Positions 48,399 to 56,966 of a DNA stretch of 63,090 nucleotides are shown in pieces. Source of the DNA: a virus (Duplodnaviria > Caudoviricetes); the IMG/VR virus record IMGVR_UViG_3300036398_001095, positions 1-63,090 of that record, one strand, 5' to 3'. Position numbers and translations under genes: made by a program. Below the pieces are notes generated by a model that was not told the DNA's origin, searched no databases, and was given only the letters and a program-made list of their open reading frames with translations. The stretch's first letter is position 1, and the number at the start of each line of letters is the position of its first letter.

Positions 48399-48664
48399 AG
48401 TTTCCCCGCTAGGTTGAATGGGTCATGCCAACTAAATTGTTTATAGGTGTAAAGCAACTGATTAAATCGGACCGGGTGTTTGGTTGCTGTGACATAACCA
48501 AGCCCAGTCAGTAAACGCAAACGCTCTGCCGCCGTGGTTCTTGAGACGCCAAAGTGTTTTGCAGCATCCTCTGACGTGAAAGGTTCTTTACGTTCCTTTA
48601 TCCACGCCAGATAAGATTCATCGATGGGTTTCACTACTACCCCCTTGCCAAGTACCACGCCCAT
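48395..48664 (-). CDS. Winged-helix DNA-binding protein coupled to tasA
   Basis: FTSEDAAKHFGVSRTTAAERLRLL..LG; ATGA overlap. Confidence 0.65.
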   Translation of the reverse strand: MGVVLGKGVVVKPIDESYLAWIKERKEPFTSEDAAKHFGVSRTTAAERLRLLTGLGYVTATKHPVRFNQLLYTYKQFSWHDPFNLAGKL

Positions 48665-48807
48665 CGGCGCTTCTTGGCGATCATTTCTAAGTAACGCTTG
48701 ATGTAGGTTTTGATTTCAACGCCTAACGCCTTGGCGTAAAGCACGTCCGCCCGTGACACGATGATCTTGCCTACCCTGTCTTCACCTCTCACTTTGCGAA
48801 CTTTCAT
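48637..48807 (-). CDS. Small hypothetical protein
   Basis: AKALGVEIKTY; ATGA coupling. Confidence 0.5.
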   Translation of the reverse strand: MKVRKVRGEDRVGKIIVSRADVLYAKALGVEIKTYIKRYLEMIAKKRRWAWYLARG

Positions 48808-49016
48808 GCTTGCCCCCTTGCTCGTATGGCAGCGGCGCACCACGTTGCCAATACATCTTGACCTTCGTACTCGGTGTCGATGTCCTCACACGCCTTCGCA
48901 CACGCCTCACGCTCGGCAGCGGCAATGATGGTGGCGAACTCTGCGAGTGACTCTGCGGTAAAAGCATAAATGCCGTACTCGTTCCTCGCCATGCGGATGA
49001 TTTCGTCGCGATTCAT
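48804..49016 (-). CDS. Small protein, EREACA..C...AIRARG family
   Basis: Paralogue of 49013-49270. Confidence 0.6.
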   Translation of the reverse strand: MNRDEIIRMARNEYGIYAFTAESLAEFATIIAAAEREACAKACEDIDTEYEGQDVLATWCAAAIRARGQA

Positions 49017-49270
49017 GTGTTTCCCCTTGCTCGTATGGCGGTGGTGCACTGTCTTGCACCGCTTGCCATTCCTTGATCTTCTGGATATGCAAACTTGTCC
49101 CAAAGTTCTTCGGCTCGTGATTCAACTTCTTCACACGCCTCCGCACACGCCCTACGTTCATGCTCAGCAACAAGGGCAGCGAAGCGTGTTACAGAGCCTA
49201 GTGGCTTTTCGTCAGATCCGTAAGCCAATCCAGCCTCCCGCGCAAGCTTGATGATGTCTTGGTGGTCCAT
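49013..49270 (-). CDS. Small protein, ERRACA..C...AIRARG family
   Basis: DIIKLAREAG...RFAALVAEHER. Confidence 0.6.
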   Translation of the reverse strand: MDHQDIIKLAREAGLAYGSDEKPLGSVTRFAALVAEHERRACAEACEEVESRAEELWDKFAYPEDQGMASGARQCTTAIRARGNT

Positions 49271-49470
49271 CAGAACGGCGCCTCTTCAATAGGCTCCTCG
49301 GCCACGGGTTGCTTCTCAAGCACCTCTCCGTCTTCGCAGTAGTGGTACTTAAATGGCCATTTATCGCCAAGCTGTTTGATGATTTCGTCCATGGTTATCT
49401 CCTTGTCGGTAGGAGTATTTAACCACAGTTTTATGCGTTTGTGCATACCGTTCGTCAGGTCGATGAACGG

Positions 49471-50118
49471 TCAGAAGATGCGTAGCTTCACGTCCTTTAG
49501 ATGCACTTCTTGGGTCGGCTCGGCATCACGCCAGTCGGTCATGTCCCAATTACCCTTGCCATGGTTGCATGGACTGCAAAGTACTTGTAAATTTTGTAAC
49601 GATAATGCCAGATGAGGAAAGAGTTTGCGTGGCTTGATATGGTCAACATTGATACGCACACCATCGGCCGCGGTGGCACCACAGCACTGGCACCTAGCGC
49701 CGTATTTCTTCAGCGCTTCCATACGAACCCTGCGCCATTCATAAGTCTCAAGGAAAGCATCAGAAGCCGGGTTGACTTTGTTGGCCTGCCATTTGGCGGC
49801 TAGGTCATTGTTGGATAGCTTGGCATCCTGCTTAGCCTGTCGCGCTTTTACTTCCTTGTGGTTAGGTATAGCAACCTTGACCGACGGCATCTGAAAGCCA
49901 GCGCCATACAAAGCGTTCTTGGCGGTATCGTACTTCGCCCCCTTGTGCCTCATGAATGAAAGCAGCTGATCCGCCATGTGCTCAGTAACAAGCATATGCC
50001 CGTACTTGGCTAGCCATCCCTTCTTGGGCGGATACGGTATGCCAAATACCCTAGCCTCTACGCCAGATAGCGTTGAAGCGCATCCGTATTTTTTCAGCAA
50101 GTACGTTTTGATATTCAT
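49471..50118 (-). CDS. HNH endonuclease
   Basis: CQCCG...VDHIKP...NLQVLCSPCNHGK. Confidence 0.85.
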   Translation of the reverse strand: MNIKTYLLKKYGCASTLSGVEARVFGIPYPPKKGWLAKYGHMLVTEHMADQLLSFMRHKGAKYDTAKNALYGAGFQMPSVKVAIPNHKEVKARQAKQDAKLSNNDLAAKWQANKVNPASDAFLETYEWRRVRMEALKKYGARCQCCGATAADGVRINVDHIKPRKLFPHLALSLQNLQVLCSPCNHGKGNWDMTDWRDAEPTQEVHLKDVKLRIF

Positions 50119-50510
50119 AACATTTAAGTTGTAGTTTCTAGAATGAAGATATTAACTTCTTAAGATCTTTATCTCTATCGGGGAGGGTTCCAAACGAAGG
50201 GAGGCCCAAGCCCACGTTGCGGTGTGCTGGACGGCCCCCCTAAGTAGCATCGGTGATGGGACACTTACTTTGGCCCAAGAGCGGGTGCGCTCAAAGGCTG
50301 GACTCTGCAACCCCTTGCACCAGGGTCAAATTCCCACCAGAGTCTTCGGCATGGTTACGGCTTGAATGGTCATCCTACCGTTCTCACACAGTGCCGGATC
50401 GTGCTATCGGACGCTTGTCTCACTGTGCCAGTTATCGGTTTCGGCTGGGTTCTGAGTCCCACTTGGCTTGCAGCTAACTTCGGTCTGCAATCCGTGACTT
50501 CAAAAACACA

Positions 50511-50580
50511 AAGGCCGCTTACTGCTGCTCCTGGTCGAAGTCCCTCGGTTAAGAGGGCAGAAGCATGAGTAAACGGCCTT
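50511..50580 (-). ncRNA. c4/CI-like antisense RNA
   Basis: 13-bp closing stem AAGGCCGUUUACU/AGUAAGCGGCCUU, 8-bp second stem, CCCUC/GAGGG hairpin, unpaired ACUUCGAC complementary to upstream GUCGAAGU (50592-50599). Confidence 0.65.
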
Positions 50581-50611
50581 CAGGTTTGTTGACTTCGACG
50601 ACAACGAAATC

Positions 50612-50640
50612 ATGATACCATGAACTCCACGGCTAGTCCA
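50612..50640 (-). promoter_or_regulatory. Sigma70 promoter TGGACT-17-TATCAT with extended -10
   Basis: Directly upstream of the c4-like RNA and the HNH-tasA-parB-helicase-primase genes. Confidence 0.55.
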
Positions 50641-50660
50641 TGGTCGTGTCTCCTGGTTGT

Positions 50661-50864
50661 TTAGGTCTTCCCCCGGCTCCCCTCGCCGGGGTTTTTTTTG
50701 AGCCAGTTACTGAATGCCTGTGTATCAGCCAGTAGCTTGATGGACCTGATCTGCAACTCCAGTGCCGTGCGCTCTGCCACTTCCCGCCTCACCTGAAGTT
50801 TCACTGACTGAGGTATCGATTCGATCATGTCGTTCACGATCGCCTTGCGTATACGTGGATCCAT
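50661..50864 (-). CDS. Small hypothetical protein
   Basis: GAGG RBS, helical. Confidence 0.5.
   Translation of the reverse strand: MDPRIRKAIVNDMIESIPQSVKLQVRREVAERTALELQIRSIKLLADTQAFSNWLKKNPGEGSRGKT
50671..50699 (+). terminator. Rho-independent terminator on the plus strand
   Basis: CCCCGGC-7nt-GCCGGGG followed by T8. Confidence 0.6.
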
Positions 50865-51249
50865 GGGTCATCCTCATCGTTGCTATTGCTACCTCAAAAG
50901 ATACCTGCATCCAATCATTTTCATCAAATGGGCCTTGGCCACCCCATACCACCAGAAACACACTGATCGGTAGATACACATCCCAGTACCGGGCATGGTT
51001 CCTTCGATGGAATAGGATCGGCATCAACCCATCCCGCCATGCACTATTCAATGCCTGCCGCTGCCATGCACGCCAGTCAGGATTCTCGGCTCGCTTCACC
51101 TCCACAGCCCAACCCCATACTTTCATGTCATAACCACCCGCCGCGGACTGGTCATAATTTAATTTCACTTGGAAATCCAACGCCTGCGATATGAGCTTGG
51201 CCACCTCCAACTCACCGCGCCGTCCCTTCTGTCTGCTATTGATTGCCAT
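50725..51249 (-). CDS. PD-(D/E)XK nuclease, Holliday junction resolvase-like
   Basis: SRQKGRRGELEV...YD...VEVKR; AGGAGG RBS before ATG 51249. Confidence 0.75.
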   Translation of the reverse strand: MAINSRQKGRRGELEVAKLISQALDFQVKLNYDQSAAGGYDMKVWGWAVEVKRAENPDWRAWQRQALNSAWRDGLMPILFHRRNHARYWDVYLPISVFLVVWGGQGPFDENDWMQVSFEVAIATMRMTHGSTYTQGDRERHDRIDTSVSETSGEAGSGRAHGTGVADQVHQATG

Positions 51250-51272
51250 TGGTCGGATACCTCCTATATGTA

Positions 51273-51302
51273 TTGCCATATGTTGTGAACATAGAGTACC
51301 AT
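51273..51302 (+). promoter_or_regulatory. Probable rightward promoter with an internal palindrome
   Basis: TTGCCA-18-TACCAT; TATGTT-GTG-AACATA in the spacer. Confidence 0.5.
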
Positions 51303-51321
51303 TCTTTAACTGGAGAACACA

Positions 51322-51909
51322 ATGACTGCCGAACAACTTATACCTGAACAACGCGTTTTAATGGCTGCTATTAACGTGGCCATCTTTGACTCATGTAAGC
51401 AACCCATCATAGCCGGTGACTTGCTTACCAAATCCAAGAAGCACAAGGATTACAAGCTTCATACAGATGCACGCACATCCTTCCAGTTCATCTTTGGCGA
51501 AGGATTGGACAACTTCTGCAACTGGCTGCCGCTTGATTCGGGCTGGTTACGCAAGAAGCTTCTTGATTACATGTTTGATGACGGCCCCAAGAAACCAACC
51601 GCCAAGGATGTTGTGGTTCGTGTGGACGATAAGCAGCGCAGGCATTTCCGTATCAATTACAAACTTTACAAACTGGAGAAAGAAGCATGTTGGACATCAC
51701 TGGAAGAAGAAAGCCAAGAGCTACCCATCAAGCAGGTCATATCGCGCTTAGACCGGAAAGGCCGCGTATTGGAAGTCGATACGTCAGGCCGGCGCCTAAG
51801 TGGCAAACAGAAATTCCACCTGATCAACTCTGGATTCAAAACGTCTATCTCAACCAACCCGTCTCAGAATGGACCTGGCACGGCCGATGGTCAGGCGTCC
51901 TCCGAGTGA
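51322..51909 (+). CDS. Hypothetical protein
   Basis: GGAG RBS; PEQRVLMAAI..AI.D. Confidence 0.6.
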   Translation: MTAEQLIPEQRVLMAAINVAIFDSCKQPIIAGDLLTKSKKHKDYKLHTDARTSFQFIFGEGLDNFCNWLPLDSGWLRKKLLDYMFDDGPKKPTAKDVVVRVDDKQRRHFRINYKLYKLEKEACWTSLEEESQELPIKQVISRLDRKGRVLEVDTSGRRLSGKQKFHLINSGFKTSISTNPSQNGPGTADGQASSE

Positions 51910-51987
51910 TCCTGATCTTGGCCCTTGTGTTTATTTTCTACCATGCCGGCCGATGGGTACATGCCGGTATGCCCACGGGATATTGAG

Positions 51988-52212
51988 ATGCTGGCATCAG
52001 AACTTATTCAGAAGCAGATCGACGCGCTCAAGGAAGTAATTACCAAGTTAGAGCGACTCAAGGAAGACGTGGAACCCATGAAGCTTGATGAGGCAGAGGA
52101 GCTATGGGATTCGATTGATATGGATACCCTGAAGAATGCCCACAACTTTGGTGACTTCATAGAGATAGTGAGAAGGATATCCGCCTACTACAACATAGGA
52201 GCCAGGCGATGA
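51988..52212 (+). CDS. Hypothetical protein
   Basis: Coiled coil; ATGA coupling. Confidence 0.5.
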   Translation: MLASELIQKQIDALKEVITKLERLKEDVEPMKLDEAEELWDSIDMDTLKNAHNFGDFIEIVRRISAYYNIGARR

Positions 52213-52544
52213 GAAAGCACACACCGGGACCTTGGAAGTTAGAGCCATACGATTCTTGCTTGGCAGGTGAAGACTTTCAATGGGGCGGCATATGGGCTGG
52301 GCCGGTAATGCTTGATGGCATTAATTACGGGCAGCCACCATACACACCTATTAAACCTGATACGTTAGAACGAATGGAGGCTGATGCCCGCCTCATCGCC
52401 GCAGCGCCTGATCTGCTGGAAGCGCTGAAGATGGTTCGGGACGCTGACGATGACTGCAAGCGCGACGGGCTTCCGACTATTCCACCCGCCGCTCGCGCCA
52501 CGATCGACGCAGCCATCGCCAAAGCAACAGGGGAGAAAGCATGA
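52209..52544 (+). CDS. HTPGPW...ARLIAAAPDLLEAL family protein
   Basis: Typical small phage protein motifs. Confidence 0.65.
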   Translation: MRKHTPGPWKLEPYDSCLAGEDFQWGGIWAGPVMLDGINYGQPPYTPIKPDTLERMEADARLIAAAPDLLEALKMVRDADDDCKRDGLPTIPPAARATIDAAIAKATGEKA

Positions 52545-52753
52545 CTGAAAACAAAAACGCAAAGACACCAACAGATGGTGGGGGAGCATTTCCCGTTGCA
52601 CACTCGTACCTAATCCAGCCAGGCATGTCCCTGCGCGACTACCTTGCAGCCAAGGCGATGCAAGCACTGGCTCGGCCTGGGAATTATTTTGATGCAACCG
52701 CGAGGCAGGCTTACATGATTGCAGACGCGATGCTGAAAGCGAGGGATCGATGA
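52541..52753 (+). CDS. GMSLRDY.AA family small protein
   Basis: GGAFP...GMSLRDYLAAKAM...ADAML. Confidence 0.65.
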   Translation: MTENKNAKTPTDGGGAFPVAHSYLIQPGMSLRDYLAAKAMQALARPGNYFDATARQAYMIADAMLKARDR

Positions 52754-53115
52754 GCAGAAAAGCTATGCAGGTGGCGCTTGAGGCGCTGGAGAGTGATCCA
52801 ATAAGTCATGCTGGACTTGTTATCAGAAAGCAAGCCATCACCGCACTACGCCAAGCACTGGAGACAGAGCCGTTTGAATACTGGAACGCAGTTGAAGGGT
52901 GGGTAAAAATAGATGAGGTGCGTGAGCATTTCGATGCTGTAGGGTGCGCAACTATTTACAAGTCTGCTGGCGAAGGTCGAGTTCCCCTCTATACCGCACC
53001 GAAGCAATGGGTTGGACTAACACTAAACGAAGCAGAAGATTTCTACGAGAAATACACTGACAGGGCGGAGCTTATAAACGCCATAGACAAGTTCCTTGAG
53101 GAGAAAAACACATGA
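52750..53115 (+). CDS. Modular small protein
   Basis: ALEALE...ALRQALE...PLYTAP...WVGLT. Confidence 0.6.
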   Translation: MSRKAMQVALEALESDPISHAGLVIRKQAITALRQALETEPFEYWNAVEGWVKIDEVREHFDAVGCATIYKSAGEGRVPLYTAPKQWVGLTLNEAEDFYEKYTDRAELINAIDKFLEEKNT

Positions 53116-53495
53116 GCGATTCATACGATGATTACGAGGCAAAAATGCAACTTGCGGAACACGAATGGGAAATGGTGAAAACTGAACACAACAAACAAAT
53201 CGAGATTGCACAGGCTTATGAGCAAGGATGGAATGCAGCATTAGCGCAGCAAGAGCCTGTGGCGTGGCTTTCAACTGACTGTATTGGGGAGAGGTATTTG
53301 TGTTTCACAAAACCAAAAGACAACGACCCAGTGCAACCCCTCTACACCGCACCACCAAAGCGTGAATGGGTCGGGCTGACTGATGAGGAAATCCAAAAAG
53401 TCGTAAGCAAAAAATGGTGGGACTGGGAAGATGCGTTTGATATTGAAGGCTTTAGTCGTGCCATCGAAGCCAAGCTAAAGGAGAAGAACGCATGA
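53112..53495 (+). CDS. Modular small protein
   Basis: QEPVAW...PLYTAP..REWVGLTDEE...IEAKLKEKN. Confidence 0.6.
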   Translation: MSDSYDDYEAKMQLAEHEWEMVKTEHNKQIEIAQAYEQGWNAALAQQEPVAWLSTDCIGERYLCFTKPKDNDPVQPLYTAPPKREWVGLTDEEIQKVVSKKWWDWEDAFDIEGFSRAIEAKLKEKNA

Positions 53496-53773
53496 GCGAC
53501 AGAGACCTAATGCAGCAGGCGCTGGAAGCGTTGGAAACAAACAATCAAGCATGGAAGCAATTAGCTGATTCCGGTGATGCTGGTTTTTGGGAAGCCGAAG
53601 AACAACCATTTTACGAACTAAGTGTTAAAGCCATCACCGCACTACGCCAAGCACTGGAGACAGAGCGTGAATGGGTTGGGCTGAATGCACCAGAAGTGCA
53701 AGAGTGCTACGACTTAAACCCTGCAAGATTTGCCAGCCGTATCGAAGCCAAGCTAAAGGAGAAGAACACATGA
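53492..53773 (+). CDS. Modular small protein
   Basis: QQALEAL...ALRQALE..EWVGL...IEAKLKEKN. Confidence 0.6.
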   Translation: MSDRDLMQQALEALETNNQAWKQLADSGDAGFWEAEEQPFYELSVKAITALRQALETEREWVGLNAPEVQECYDLNPARFASRIEAKLKEKNT

Positions 53774-53986
53774 GCACACAACCCGAAGCCTTGCGACTAG
53801 CGGAAGGTGCTCGCCAGGTCAATCGGAGCATTGAACACTACAACCTCGACGCCATCCTGTCGAACTATTAGGAATTGCCTAATAGTTGCCTCAGGTTGGA
53901 TTTCGCCCTCGGCATATAGCCGTTTCAGGTGCTCGTTGATGGCCGAGCTTATTGAGCAAGCCTTAAAGGAGAAGAACCATGGCTAA
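53770..53986 (+). pseudogene. Disrupted small gene carrying rearranged rhuM-family fragments
   Basis: MSTQPEALRLA start and LIEQALKEKNHG end are separated by RhuM-like pieces on opposite strands; stop at 53869-53871. Confidence 0.6.
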
Positions 53987-54194
53987 AACAAAATACGCAT
54001 TCCCACATGACGTAGGACATCTGCATGAGCCAAACACGGCAGGTATGGGGCTCAGAGATTTTTTCGCCGCGGCTGTAATTACCGGCATCTTTGCTGGCAA
54101 GTGGGGGCAAGTACCCAATCAAAAGCCAGAGGTTGCTTTTGCAGATATTGCATACCTTGTGGCGGACGAGATGCTTAAACGGAGGGAGCAATGA
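53979..54194 (+). CDS. GMGLRDF.AA family small protein
   Basis: Paralogue of 52541-52753. Confidence 0.65.
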   Translation: MAKTKYAFPHDVGHLHEPNTAGMGLRDFFAAAVITGIFAGKWGQVPNQKPEVAFADIAYLVADEMLKRREQ

Positions 54195-54333
54195 ACCATG
54201 AACGCTGGTTATACGAAGCCATCCTCGCGGCGGAGGACGTTATGTTCTGGATTCACCGTTACATTCAGGACCCTCGCCCAGACATCCTACAACTTTTGCT
54301 CGCGGCTATGGAGAAGTTTGAAGAGAGTAAGCC

Positions 54334-55203
54334 ATGAACATCACTAACAAATACAACCTGCCCGATGTTCTGCTGCGCTTTGCACGCAACAAGAACTACT
54401 CCAAAGGTGACGCCAAGCTATCTGTCACTGAGCTTATCGACAGCCCACGGGTCGTGGCACTCAAGCACAAGCACTTCGATGACATGGAGCAAGACGTATC
54501 CGATACCGTCTTCAGTCTATTCGGTACAGCCGTCCATCACATCCTCGATAAGTTTTCAGAAGAAGACGTGATCACTGAGCAGCGCTACTTCAAAGAGATC
54601 AATGGCTGGAAGATCTCTGGTGCGATTGACCGCCAGGTTGTCACGCCCCATGGACGGATCATCGAGGACTGGAAAGTTACGAGCAGTTTTGCAGTCATGC
54701 AAGGTAAGATCGAATGGGAATACCAGCTGAACTGCTACGCCTATCTTGCCCGTGCCCATGGCCATAACGTCGTTGGCTTGAAGATCAATGCGATCGTAAG
54801 AGACTGGGCTCGCAGGAACGTAGGCCGCCAAGCCGATTACCCAGAAGCACCGATCGTACAGATCGACGTACCACTGTGGACCTTTGAAGAGCAAGAAGCT
54901 TTTATCAAAAGCCGTATCGCACTTCATGCCGCAACAGTCATGGATGATCCGCCACTGTGTACACCAGACGAACGATGGGCCAAGCCTGAGACGTGGGCCA
55001 TCATGAAGCCGGGAGCCAAGCGAGCACTGAAGGTATTCCTGCTAGAGCAAGAAGCAAATGATGCAGTAAAGCCAGGGCAGGAAGTCGTTCACCGTCCTGG
55101 GGCCAATACAAGATGTACAAGTTTTTGTGATGTAAGGCAGTACTGTGATTTCGGTAGACAACTAGGAGAAGCAATTGAAGCAGATAGCAACAGCATTGGT
55201 TAA
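54334..55203 (+). CDS. PD-(D/E)XK exonuclease, RecB/Cas4-like
   Basis: SVTELI, GTAVH, ISGAID..IEDWK...QLNCY, C-terminal cysteines. Confidence 0.85.
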   Translation: MNITNKYNLPDVLLRFARNKNYSKGDAKLSVTELIDSPRVVALKHKHFDDMEQDVSDTVFSLFGTAVHHILDKFSEEDVITEQRYFKEINGWKISGAIDRQVVTPHGRIIEDWKVTSSFAVMQGKIEWEYQLNCYAYLARAHGHNVVGLKINAIVRDWARRNVGRQADYPEAPIVQIDVPLWTFEEQEAFIKSRIALHAATVMDDPPLCTPDERWAKPETWAIMKPGAKRALKVFLLEQEANDAVKPGQEVVHRPGANTRCTSFCDVRQYCDFGRQLGEAIEADSNSIG

Positions 55204-55825
55204 AGCGCAGAAAGAGTTTGGACCTGCACTTAAAACCAGCACCAATCCTCATTTCAGGTCAAAGTACGCAGACCTTGCCGCGTGCGTCGAGGCGGTCATC
55301 GATGCGCTCAACAACAATGGGATCTACCTCATGCAGATGACGCATGAGACACCTGATGGCGCCATGGCAGAGACAGTGTTTCTCCACGAGAGCGGCGAGA
55401 TGTTGTCAGCTGGCAAGCTATTCTTTCCAGCCAGCAAGCATGATGCTCAGGGGTATGCGAGCAGTTTAAGTTATGTGCGTCGGTACTCACTCATGGCAGC
55501 TTGCGGTATTGCACCAGAAGATGACGACGGTAACGCAGCATCTAAGCCGGCGCCTAAACCCGCACCAAAAGTAGAGCCAAAGCCTGAACCAAAGGTAGAA
55601 GCCAAGCCAGAACCAAAGCCGGTTCAAACGAATGAAGGCGTAGCTAACTTCGCTATGAACATGTTCATCGAGTTTCTACCCTCGGCTAAAACAGAGGCTG
55701 AACTAAACGCATTCTGGAAAGAAAACAAAGAAGCAGTAGCAAAGATCAAGGCCCACGATGAGTCGCTTTACGTGGACCTGTTAGCCAAGTTCAAAGCACG
55801 TAAGGATGAGATCAATGGAAACTAA
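55175..55825 (+). CDS. erf: ERF-family ssDNA annealing protein
   Basis: NPHFRSKYADL...SYVRRYSL...GIAPEDDDGN. Confidence 0.88.
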   Translation: MKQIATALVKAQKEFGPALKTSTNPHFRSKYADLAACVEAVIDALNNNGIYLMQMTHETPDGAMAETVFLHESGEMLSAGKLFFPASKHDAQGYASSLSYVRRYSLMAACGIAPEDDDGNAASKPAPKPAPKVEPKPEPKVEAKPEPKPVQTNEGVANFAMNMFIEFLPSAKTEAELNAFWKENKEAVAKIKAHDESLYVDLLAKFKARKDEINGN

Positions 55826-56096
55826 ATACTACGATTCAACGAACCTATTCAGCCCCAGGGTAAAGACCGATCGATCGCCAGACTTCCGCGGGGACGTGGA
55901 ACTATCCGCCGAGCTATGTGCTTACATCACTAACAAAGTAAAGCATGGTGAAACTCCCAAGCTTTCTCTTTCTATGTGGTCCAAGGAAGGGCGCAGCGGC
56001 CCGTACTACAACTGCAAAGTACGCCAAGGCTGGGAGCAGGATAACGCACCAAAGCCTCCTCCGCCCCCAATCGACGACAGCGACATCCCATTTTGA
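55815..56096 (+). CDS. Single-stranded DNA-binding-like protein
   Basis: PDFRG...W.K; acidic DDSDIPF tail. Confidence 0.7.
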   Translation: METKYYDSTNLFSPRVKTDRSPDFRGDVELSAELCAYITNKVKHGETPKLSLSMWSKEGRSGPYYNCKVRQGWEQDNAPKPPPPPIDDSDIPF

Positions 56097-56557
56097 TCAT
56101 GAAGAAGATCAGAAGGCGGCGGCCAATAAAACGTAAGAGCTACAGACTTACCGACCAGGATAAAGAACAGCTGACCATCATGTATTACGAGGGATACCAT
56201 CCCATCGAAATGGCAGAGGCTTTGAAGATCTCTGACAAGACGGCTTACAAGTTCTGCTCCGATCGGTTCGCTCCTGTCAACGGCGGCTGGGCGCGTGGTG
56301 CGCCTAGCTCTGAAGAACGTGATCTGATCATGCAAAGGCATCATTTAGGCGTCAAACAACCGATGCTCGCCAGTGCTCATCGCAGACCAGTCTGGGTTAT
56401 CAACCGCATCGTTAACCCCAAGCCCGCTGGTATTGCAGCGATCGAGGGTGCGCCGGTTAATGCTAAGCCCGGAGAGATCTTTGTCGTTCCACCTCAACCC
56501 ACCTTCCTTGAAAAGGTAGGTCAATTCTTTAGGAGGCTCCTTGGTGGATCCCATTAA
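56093..56557 (+). CDS. Double-HTH protein
   Basis: EMAEALKISDKTAYK and a second degenerate HTH. Confidence 0.55.
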   Translation: MIMKKIRRRRPIKRKSYRLTDQDKEQLTIMYYEGYHPIEMAEALKISDKTAYKFCSDRFAPVNGGWARGAPSSEERDLIMQRHHLGVKQPMLASAHRRPVWVINRIVNPKPAGIAAIEGAPVNAKPGEIFVVPPQPTFLEKVGQFFRRLLGGSH

Positions 56558-56966
56558 CTTTGAATGCGTCAAAGTATCCCTGCGCCAGAATAAAGAAGGC
56601 TTCATGCTGACGCTGGCCATTCATCCAGATGACCTTAACCAAGACCTTGTGCGTGACTTTGTAGGCTCACGTTACGCCGTGGCTATGGTTCGGATTGGTG
56701 AAGATGAACAGCCCTATGTCAGACCCAAGGTCAGTAGCTTTGTGCAGACCGCAGGAATACTGGCCAAAGATCCAGAGTTCCAGCGCTGGTGCGTGGATAC
56801 AGGTTGGTGCTTTTCTCACTCAGAAGATGACGCAGCACGGGCCATATGTGAGGCACTGAACATCGAGTCTCGATCGGAACTTGCTTCCAATACAGAAGCA
56901 CAAGGCGCATTGATTGATTTGCGTAAGGAGTTTGAAGAATGGAAGCGAAGTACAAACGAAAGCTAA
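56541..56966 (+). CDS. Conserved hypothetical protein
   Basis: LAIHPDD...VGSRY...DPEFQRW...IESRSEL. Confidence 0.6.
   Translation: MVDPINFECVKVSLRQNKEGFMLTLAIHPDDLNQDLVRDFVGSRYAVAMVRIGEDEQPYVRPKVSSFVQTAGILAKDPEFQRWCVDTGWCFSHSEDDAARAICEALNIESRSELASNTEAQGALIDLRKEFEEWKRSTNES

Noticed and set aside
50119-50510. IscB/HEARO-type RNA-guided HNH system
   Set aside because: The adjacent HNH protein lacks the PLMP and split RuvC motifs; kept only as an unexplained non-coding region
54334-55203. Cas4 as part of a CRISPR or TIGR acquisition module
   Set aside because: Context with ERF and SSB fits an ordinary phage recombination exonuclease; about 6 kb from the locus and on the opposite strand
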